Source: a virus (taxonomy: Duplodnaviria; Caudoviricetes). Taken from it: DNA of 64,000 nucleotides. The number at the start of each line of letters is the position of its first letter. Within the stretch, counting starts at the first letter, position 1. Of this stretch, positions 59,901-64,000 are shown piece by piece. The DNA is taken from IMG/VR virus record IMGVR_UViG_3300020455_000015, positions 2,023 to 66,022 of that record, one strand, 5' to 3'. A program made the position numbers and the translations under genes. The notes beneath the pieces were generated by a model that was not told the origin of the DNA, did not search any database, and saw only the letters and a list, made by a program, of their open reading frames with translations.

Positions 59901-60948
59901 CATTAATACCGTTTGTGATAATAGTTCCAGTAGTACCAAAACCAACTGTAGAATCCACTGTAAGAATACTAGAATCTACAGAAGCATCCTCTATAACTCT
60001 TGTTTTTCCGGGTATTGTAAATACACCTCTTATGGCATCATTTTCATTAAACCCAATAAACAAATTGAGTTTGTAATACGTAGTAATACCTGTATTACCA
60101 GATCTTGAGAATATTTCAACTTCTGATACAGAAGCTGATGTATTCAGATCATTAGATTTTGTTATTGTTTGTCCTGTTAGTTTAGCAGGATCACCAGAAA
60201 TCTGTTGAGCTACGACAACTTCTCTTCTAATATATTCTGCACTTGATGGTTTTATTAATAAATTTTCTAAATCAATAATTTTTGGAGTCAATCCGTATAA
60301 AATATTAAATAAAATCCTAAATGACTCCTCTGTTCCTTTAGATTTGTATAAGGATTTAGATTCTTTTATAAAATTACTAATATCAATATTAGTATTTAAT
60401 TTTGTATCTTCTAATCCGGGAGTAAGATATGCTTTTGTTTTCTTATAAAATTCTTTTAAAAATAGAACACTTAAATTTTCTACAACTGAATTGGTTGTAT
60501 GAATACCTGCAGTAGAAGTTGAGAATACTAGCTCACCAAGATTATTAGGATCTGTATAGGATGTAATACCACTAAATCCACGAACAACACCAGTAAACGT
60601 ATTAGTTGTTATACCTGTATATGTAAAAACCTCATCATCTATTTTAAATAATCCGTATTTGTCTGGAAATCCTTTTGTAGATGATACTGTTAATGTAGTT
60701 GCATCAGTTGATATACCACTAGTTAAAGTAGTAACTCCGACCACTACTTCAGGAGTTAAATTATCAAGTTTTAAATATTGATCTAAATTATCAGATATAT
60801 CAAGAACACCACCACGATGTTCCTGAGAAATATAATATTGCTTCAAGAAGTCAACTGATAATGGACTCTCTGATCTTAAAAACTCAGGGAGTTGATTTTC
60901 AATTATCTGTTGAACTTGTATACGTTTGTCTATTCCAGTTCCAATCAT
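47977..60948 (-). CDS. g7: Baseplate wedge initiator gp7 (4323 aa)
   Basis: NQLPEF...FLKQYY, YKSKGTEESFRILF, HSPIIGWAYDGNPIYGPYG, YYQNLSY...LVHTSGLKNF; lies between g6 and g8. Confidence 0.88.
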   Translation of the reverse strand: MIGTGIDKRIQVQQIIENQLPEFLRSESPLSVDFLKQYYISQEHRGGVLDISDNLDQYLKLDNLTPEVVVGVTTLTSGISTDATTLTVSSTKGFPDKYGLFKIDDEVFTYTGITTNTFTGVVRGFSGITSYTDPNNLGELVFSTSTAGIHTTNSVVENLSVLFLKEFYKKTKAYLTPGLEDTKLNTNIDISNFIKESKSLYKSKGTEESFRILFNILYGLTPKIIDLENLLIKPSSAEYIRREVVVAQQISGDPAKLTGQTITKSNDLNTSASVSEVEIFSRSGNTGITTYYKLNLFIGFNENDAIRGVFTIPGKTRVIEDASVDSSILTVDSTVGFGTTGTIITNGINGINTITYNDKTINQFLNCSGIGVSIRSADDLRSDEFIFGYEEGDLTKRVEMRITGVVSNFELIETSGSSVTSEGEKVTIKNLGEIIPNPPRSERSRKTVFFNSWIYNTASRFNIVSEVNGVGIGVTSSVETKSELDISQLKANDKVSLIRKGETIPVKTGIVVQTIANSNQLDLDQPIDLQGKEHDLQRELDKTNAISGINLEFGNNVITSNVQNTYNDRDKTYFVASSSMPSYLIEKTVVKIEISDPSNDPLNTLQSGLITKNSISGLFKEIQFIDTVPFIDGDSVLYVPENAPIVGLTSSTTYYVKVIEDNAGKRRIIRLFPSRSFILVTDNDENPPHIELNAAGIGTGSHKFVLLRHKNEQIGTQKILRKFPAEVDIKSGNSVETKVGSTGILINGVEIVNYKSFDRIFYGKIEELKILNQGKNFDVINPPTIQISAPGLASATTALVQPVVKGKLEEVLVDQQNFDVDRVLSVTLSGGNGSGAVLLPVVTERFREFEFDGRLSNIRGGVDHINDWISFKKSHNLRDGEPLVYNNNGFPSIGKGDFGGSNSVQNKTLSDGGVYYPKVVGINSVYLYETATDYLAGINTIGFTIENASGEHKFRTLEKKKHLKSVKVIDAGTNYTNRKLIVKPVGISTVENAIEFKNHGFVTGDLVQYQPSTTLVSDIITGLSTTTRYRILKLDDDKFQLINVGLGATDPDKNFLRSEFTRITDAKTSNHEFFFEPVTVTVSAVYSKVSASEGRDEDLVITPKIRGSLVDAYVHEGGTDYGSEILNFEKKPEIKVLTGKNAELNPIIKDGKVISCDVRFGGKEYTSPPDLNVVGVGTGIGAQLRSVVSGGKITDVKVINSGIGYTLTPTLQISPAGQGHILDSSIRSLQVNNLTRFGDEILLRESETNLQYSVVGYSGKIQTAFGDTTTTPLVHSPIIGWAYDGNPIYGPYGYSEADNDSSAVINLRTGFVIDTSKVVNRPTSSTFTNGYFVEDHTYTNAGDLDESNGRYCKTPDFPNGTYAYFAGVSSVTSQPEFPYFIGDTFRSDPVEDNFILDQNRFDFNGSDLTRNTLPYKLSDKNSNYNFAIESYEIKDQVSIVESVTKGSINGFQIVSKGDNYKVGDSLNFDNEKTEGGGASALVERVGGVGVTTVTTATKTYDDVVMVRNGVGKVSGYIATSHNLTTNDVVAISGLSTSVVRLTNSHNIGVTSSSNVLYKALPGQTSAGVVTDIYLASIPSSVSVGSSIGIGTEKLLVLNTNRERSILRVKRGIVHPSNAAVSHKLGGLVQTIPQFFTIESPDIGDFTSKANDIVYFNPAESVGVGTTTPGEDLSGNAFADGRNVTIGKSFTIGELSEVISIPIKGIFIPNHPFKDNQKVILRKPTNAASRFAIGLGEIGQEGANFNLPASGNSQTVFIRKISDDVVGLALTANTDAVFFRTGDTFNNFEYSLESNFDQVTAKVQRITTTVSTGSSAHGLLNGDVVNLNLVSNQSKGTGITTSIVVKYSAENDKILLLPTTFAAADIISGNKISSSHGFKTGEKVYYSASSPATGLTAERSYFVYRIDDENFQLAETLYDVQNEPPTVVPLTAGSGGSGQQLFKVNPPLTIVRNDNLKFYVSDPSLNGYKLNFYFDSEFKNEFVSTGSTVNFGVTRTGASGIGTNSFVTLNYNSTNPHELFYTLEKTGFISTSDPDVVNASKVNYTDSEYNGSYKVFGITTNTFDVSLHQVPEQTSYTVGTGSTISYSTASKNVVGGVEKINLTSGGFGYITVPGVSSITSANGDDASILCLSDSINKISNVRITDPGFDYHSDKTLRPEARLSPTVTLINSDSIVDVNIAEGGDKYLTTPDLVVVDPDTGKLTGDQGIIQVGLTANSITSVEILESPRGLTNTTHVLRTINNTNGYKITNLETSNSGIVTCTLKTPINGFATPQFTVGEQVFVENIGITTAGGDGFNSPDNGFVFFNVTEYNNTDPAIVKFELPDTATNPGIGLSVQNFATIIKFSDYPQFTVTQKSSEFRTGENISVEKNNKFVKTDLLVIDNRADEFIKLEGSFEIKLGDKIRGENSGTVATINTLTRNKGVFNIDYSLRQTKGWNDEIGRLSEDFMVLGDNHYYQNLSYTIQSPKTFDEVIDPVNRLVHTSGLKNFADVGISSIASAGIGQTNGTIVSADIITEQRVDTINDFDLASDVDTIDNGTKSKFIKLKNTKLAKFIQCNTNRVLTVDNIRDLFSNADANLTGRIDVPLDADFARFLVQTRNIITGEIQLDEVVVLTDTTDTFTIEKNSIVSTASTIANIVGITSEGNPRLVIRPTDPNNDDLDIKILKNVFNTDPVISGNQAIGGVTLTGVTTSRVAVGSTTTIVSGFTTNFSAFYATAEVKDTTSGEKNHIDIYVTHDGTDSFFSEYYADTSSAQNFSSNFIGTFTSKLENNVIKLNFHNTESNEIQVSAKVVGFGTEGLTGLHRFKNAGQPDGTERTLILQSGISSVQSSAVSNIVGVDSNKFSAIRSIVKVGLGTAVGAGATHAIHQVVAIHNGSDTHTVHYPFVSIGSTSGIGTFSANLTSSNFVLKFHPDSGTGKHHIQHLSEVIYRDIDIRNIPDELKYGRISESVSVFQYNAKNGTRTNKTDFELKHNDVPIFAKTFNPTTGVGINTSTGVFSIDNHFFSDGEELVYTPKSTFIGVAATAMTTAHNTNVPSIVFAKKLTNDTFQIAATKGGTALTFATVGSGNAHQLGMKKKLEKSVLVVDGLIQSPMSFTPVTTGLQHNIGGNISSTTTAFSISGISSINIGDSLKFNDEFMRVNSVGVGTTTVGPVTGIGTYFIVEVSRGKLGTTPAVHSQSGISSIGRIFSGSFNIVDSTVHFTDPPRGTNSLSRNLSNLEPERSDFQGRVYLRKTYDANQIFDDVSTKFTGIEDTFRMTVGGANTTGITTGSSLVLINGIFQKPTTGNNLNNNYSFIEVGGSAQDIVFTGISSEGTGNKIISNLDVNQNQLPRGGMVVSVGSSGGRGVAPLIGAAVTGILNQFGVITAVGIGSTVYDQSVSPSRPPGTLSFGSGYRPVGGTVAIGITDLAYEHRFVSAGVGSIRTNASGNNIFAATQRTATNATYISHTGLLTLTIASHGLSAGNFVGIDTGSVVFTCSRDNFASNHAYPRALSKTTGLPDPIAGIATVITAVTTNTITAFIGFGGGAGTGASATGNIGVGGTLDINIGAGGTDYVNPRFQFPQPTYDNMAVQGVSRLGIGPTTDTGESLLVSLNVGSSSTVGIGSTLFEIESFKITRPGHSFKVGDVIKPVGLVTARGATLQDFTLEVTEIFTDKFSAWDFGEFDFIDPINSLQNGVRTRFPLRLNQELLSFDIGASVDSQLIDMNSLLVIYVNGVLQEPGSSYTFEGGTTFNFTVAPEPDDNITIFFYKGTSAEDVSEIDAKETIKDGDLVQLQANADVTTLTNANTRLIVDQQQKKRTVSGITTVDTFETEIYTGVGINDSASLKTLSWSKQKIDKVVNGVIVSKARDSIEPLVFPTAKIIGDIGVSTDRIYVDDSNFFEYEKDNDSAVSSINFSTQIFDNLGSRPAKLSATVSGTGTISAISILDGGKGYVGSSTSILIANPPISVVSGGTTATATANITNGVVTSVTITNAGAGYTGSIELFSDTSTSDSSSGIVTNTINASPNVVISSPEPIEETVSNITHVKGFSGIVTGISTITIGSTSGLRIGLQAASGQAFTDLLPTMPIFISNTNVGHGVTSLNESGNDNDVVGIGRTFLDNVYIIKNINRHSNNAEIEVNVKGAGINTTGINNAEVNLPYSVTFTANGNSNYVLNGKHRSEFGTQTPLSNAANGTIYLDEGDVLSIVSAIGAHPIRIAKTYGGAALTAPEGVTNNNLSNGTLTFNTAGVGHTSFVYYCTTPHASMNGVIYVRERTRGKFSWGYLTNSSGGGAAISRNNPIAIGVTGNTIISGNGLGISTFPTIQRRVFGIRDTGALRKGHTP

Positions 60949-62846
60949 ATCCTTGTTAGTTCTCCATTTGAGTAACTTGAGGTGACTTTATAACCAACAC
61001 CAGATATTTGTTCACCTGATGAGATTGTATCTTTAACCATATTTATTTTACTACTGGGGATGTTAAAATCTAGGTATAAATCTTGTAATCCGATAATATC
61101 GTTCGAGTCTGGAAATGCCTGAACTTCAATTACATTATTTGGTCTTTCAGTTGATGTTATGTTGAGAGTTGTTAGTGTAACTTCCCCATGAACATAATCA
61201 ACCACTCCAGCTGATTGAACGACAATAATAGTTTCACCACTTGCATTTTTTCTTACAATAGATATAACTCCAGTCAGTTTATCTGCGTTTGGAGTATCTG
61301 TAAGGAATAAAGTTTCAGTTTGACCTAAAATTTTAAATCCTGTGCTCTTAATATTGAAACCTTCAGGTTTTACATTGAATGCATTACCAAAACACAATTC
61401 ATATTGAGCAAATTGATTTATAAGTGCTTTTAGATTCCTACGAATCTTGATTCTGGTGATATTAGATGTTATTGCATTATCAATATTATCAATTACATTT
61501 AGCACTTTACTATATTTAAATCTACCACCAAACTTATTAACATCACCTGACTTGGCATAAGTTGTTAATGCACTTGTAATTTTTGTTTTTAGATCATTAA
61601 CTGTGGCCACTTTAGTTGAATCATAATATATGAAAGAATCAACCTCAACATAAAGAACTTGTAGATCCACTATCTTTTGATTGATACCCGTTAATGAATA
61701 ACTCTTCAATTTACGTAAAATTTGAGTTTTATCAAAATCAGATACAAATTCACCATTTTTTGGTTTGATTGTTATTAATACATTTCCAAATTGTGGTGGA
61801 TCAACTTCCTCACCACCAACAACTGATACACTTTCGGTATTTGGATAAACTTGTTGTATTATGGACTCATAATCCCTTGATGTAACCGCCCTGTACTGAG
61901 ATGAATACAGTCTAGGTGCAAAATACTTAACAGAATCTATTGATTCTATATCACCGCCATTAGAGGCAGCCTGTAAGGTATTAATTACTGGAATCGTACT
62001 TGGTAATACGACTTGATCGTTCGATCCAACAAAACTACCAGCAAAATTAAAGATCTCTGGGCCATTACCCTTGGAACCAGACGTTGTAACGTATTGAACA
62101 GTTATTGTACTTCCATTTTCTGGTTTTCTTCCAAAAATACCATCACCGAATAACAATTCATACCTTTCATCTTGTATTTCTTGAATTAGATAGGTATCAG
62201 ATATAGAAGATATACCAACTATATTATCTACTTGCTTATATTGCTTACCTAACGACGTGCCATCACCAACATAAGCAACAATTGATGCAGTATCAATGTC
62301 TGCATTGTCCAGAATGAACCTTTGCTCTAATGATCCATCAACAATGAACTTAGATGTTAAGAATGTTCCTTCTAAAACTTGTAAAGGTTCTGTTACTGAT
62401 CCAAAAGTTGCTGTTGGAGTGGATCCACTAGTGTTTACTGTTGTAGTAACACTCTCTGAAATGGAAAACACTACATCACTATCATCTTGCCTTCCTACAC
62501 ACACTAGGCCTGGTCTTAGAGTCAATGTAGGACTTGTTGTATTACATTCTACCTGAAAAGTAATTGATGCCTTTGCTGCCGATTTAGAACGAGGTACATA
62601 ACCTATATTTCTTGCTAATGAAACAACATTCTCACGAAGTGTTGCTGAATCAAGAAAGGATTCATTAACAACTAAATTTGAATTAATTGCTGATATGTAT
62701 GTATTATATGCTAACGTGTCAATTAAAACTGAAAAATTGGATCCTTCAAAGTCAAAGTCCGAAAAATTGGAATTTGCACGAAGATAATCTTTAATTTGTG
62801 TTTTAATCTGATCAAAATCAAGATTTGTGTATTTTGTGAATGGCAT
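60945..62846 (-). CDS. g6: Baseplate wedge subunit gp6
   Basis: LDFDQIK, DFDFEGSNFS.LID.LAYNT, FLDSATLRENVVS, RAVTSRDYE. Confidence 0.97.
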   Translation of the reverse strand: MPFTKYTNLDFDQIKTQIKDYLRANSNFSDFDFEGSNFSVLIDTLAYNTYISAINSNLVVNESFLDSATLRENVVSLARNIGYVPRSKSAAKASITFQVECNTTSPTLTLRPGLVCVGRQDDSDVVFSISESVTTTVNTSGSTPTATFGSVTEPLQVLEGTFLTSKFIVDGSLEQRFILDNADIDTASIVAYVGDGTSLGKQYKQVDNIVGISSISDTYLIQEIQDERYELLFGDGIFGRKPENGSTITVQYVTTSGSKGNGPEIFNFAGSFVGSNDQVVLPSTIPVINTLQAASNGGDIESIDSVKYFAPRLYSSQYRAVTSRDYESIIQQVYPNTESVSVVGGEEVDPPQFGNVLITIKPKNGEFVSDFDKTQILRKLKSYSLTGINQKIVDLQVLYVEVDSFIYYDSTKVATVNDLKTKITSALTTYAKSGDVNKFGGRFKYSKVLNVIDNIDNAITSNITRIKIRRNLKALINQFAQYELCFGNAFNVKPEGFNIKSTGFKILGQTETLFLTDTPNADKLTGVISIVRKNASGETIIVVQSAGVVDYVHGEVTLTTLNITSTERPNNVIEVQAFPDSNDIIGLQDLYLDFNIPSSKINMVKDTISSGEQISGVGYKVTSSYSNGELTRI

Positions 62847-63259
62847 TATCTTGTTGCTTTTAATATGAATGAGAAATCTTGTGTTGGAAACTGTTGACCA
62901 ACGATATCAAAAATAACATTAACTTCAAATTCATTTGTATCTGGTTTTGGGTTAACATTTACTTCTAAGTTATCTATTCTTGGTTCAAAATTTTCAATTG
63001 TTGTCCTTATTTGATCTGAGATAACTGAAGCTGTACCAAAATCAATAAAACCCGGAGCTAATTCAAATAACATGCTACGAACGTCAGATCCAAGTGTTGA
63101 ATTGAAAAATCTTTCCGTTGGAATGGTTTGAACTAGATTACGAACAGATCTTTTTATCGCATCTGCATCTTTAAGCACACCAATATCATTAGTTACAGGA
63201 TGTCTCTTAAAAGACAGACTGATATCCTTAAATGATCTTGATATTCTTGTTAGGCTCAT
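62846..63259 (-). CDS. g25: Baseplate wedge subunit gp25
   Basis: FKDISLSF..HPVT.D, AIKRSVRNL, ERFF, FEPRI. Confidence 0.95.
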   Translation of the reverse strand: MSLTRISRSFKDISLSFKRHPVTNDIGVLKDADAIKRSVRNLVQTIPTERFFNSTLGSDVRSMLFELAPGFIDFGTASVISDQIRTTIENFEPRIDNLEVNVNPKPDTNEFEVNVIFDIVGQQFPTQDFSFILKATR

Positions 63260-63288
63260 TAAATGATAGATTTTTTTATTATTTATAC

Positions 63289-63639
63289 CTATCTTTGCAA
63301 CTCATTCATAACATATTCATTAGAATCAAGGTAATGGAGTATACTCCATGCTACATTTCGTGGTTTTGCCACTCCACAAGTGAAAATATCAATCGCAACA
63401 CACCCCTTTTCGGGCCAAGTATGACAAGAAAGGTGACTTTCTGCCAAAGAGATGAGTGTTGTTACTCCATATGGTTCAAATTGGTGAGTAAAGATGTTTA
63501 AAACGGTCAATTTCTCACCTTTGACTGCAGAAACAAGTATTTGTTCTAGTTTTTCTGCATTATTTAGTTTGTTAAAGTCAACATTATAGACTTCAACAAG
63601 TAAATGTGACCCCATATGGGCATTTTTGACATTTTTCAT
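63289..63639 (-). CDS. speD: S-adenosylmethionine decarboxylase proenzyme (pyruvoyl-dependent)
   Basis: G.HLL, HQFEPYGVT, LAESHLSCHTWPE (E|SH self-cleavage site), DIFTCG. Confidence 0.92.
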   Translation of the reverse strand: MKNVKNAHMGSHLLVEVYNVDFNKLNNAEKLEQILVSAVKGEKLTVLNIFTHQFEPYGVTTLISLAESHLSCHTWPEKGCVAIDIFTCGVAKPRNVAWSILHYLDSNEYVMNELQR

Positions 63640-64000
63640 CCTAATTCGGGTTCAATATCAACTTCAACTGAAGTTTCTTCTTCAATTGTTTTGTTTTCTG
63701 CCCTTTCTTTTGCTGTTTTCCAGAAATAATTCTCTTCTGAACCCAATCCATCACGGTCATGACCGTTTTCAACCTGATAATACACTGTTGAAACCTTAAA
63801 ATCGGGTATTTTTGGTGTTTCTGGTGTAATACTGTTATCATATATCCTCATTCTGTTGTTTGGATAGAGACAAAACTGCCCATTGTCCAATTCTAAGAGA
63901 TTATGAGACTTATGTTCAGCAGGCTGTTCACTTGTAGAGTAGTCTATTGCGTCTACATCCGAATGATAGTTGTCTAAAGTGCAAATATAGGTGCCAGTTT
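63636..64000 (-). CDS. Conserved cyanophage hypothetical protein, 5' end outside the window
   Basis: Frame open to the window edge: GTYICTLDNYHSD...EHKSHNLLELDNGQFCLYPNNRMR...PDFKVST. Confidence 0.75.
   Translation of the reverse strand, partial: TGTYICTLDNYHSDVDAIDYSTSEQPAEHKSHNLLELDNGQFCLYPNNRMRIYDNSITPETPKIPDFKVSTVYYQVENGHDRDGLGSEENYFWKTAKERAENKTIEEETSVEVDIEPELG

Noticed and set aside
81-63501. Many short plus-strand ORFs and nested minus-strand ORFs in the supplied track (for example 81-338, 740-1057, 33698-34177, 48875-49255)
   Set aside because: They are shadows of well-supported minus-strand genes and have no recognisable motifs. Only 15637-16440 is a credible plus-strand CDS.

Overview
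A 64-kb, AT-rich segment of a T4-like marine cyanomyophage, most likely infecting Prochlorococcus (pebS, Prochlorococcus-like psaJ, P-SSM2-like gene order). Nearly all genes are on the minus strand. Reading from the right end: speD, baseplate (g25, g6, g7, g8), large virion proteins, neck and tail completion (g13-g15), terminase (g16, g17), sheath and tube (g18, g19), portal and head (g20-g23), g3, uvsY, uvsW, g55, g47, g46, then an accessory region. That region holds a translationally coupled ndhP-psaJ-orf82-ndhI cassette (ndhP and psaJ are too short for the supplied ORF track), purM, a VWA protein with a CobS/MoxR AAA+ ATPase, and a partial pebS. The most striking element is the only plus-strand unit (about 15590-16560), between uvsW and uvsY. 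It encodes a class IIb (Asp/Asn-type) aminoacyl-tRNA synthetase catalytic core with no anticodon-binding domain. Twelve nucleotides downstream lies a non-canonical 96-nt tRNA with a GTT (Asn) anticodon, U1-A72, G73, U at position 37 and a 27-nt variable arm. These may form a dedicated minimal synthetase/tRNA pair. All calls come from manual translation and motif recognition; no database searches were run.
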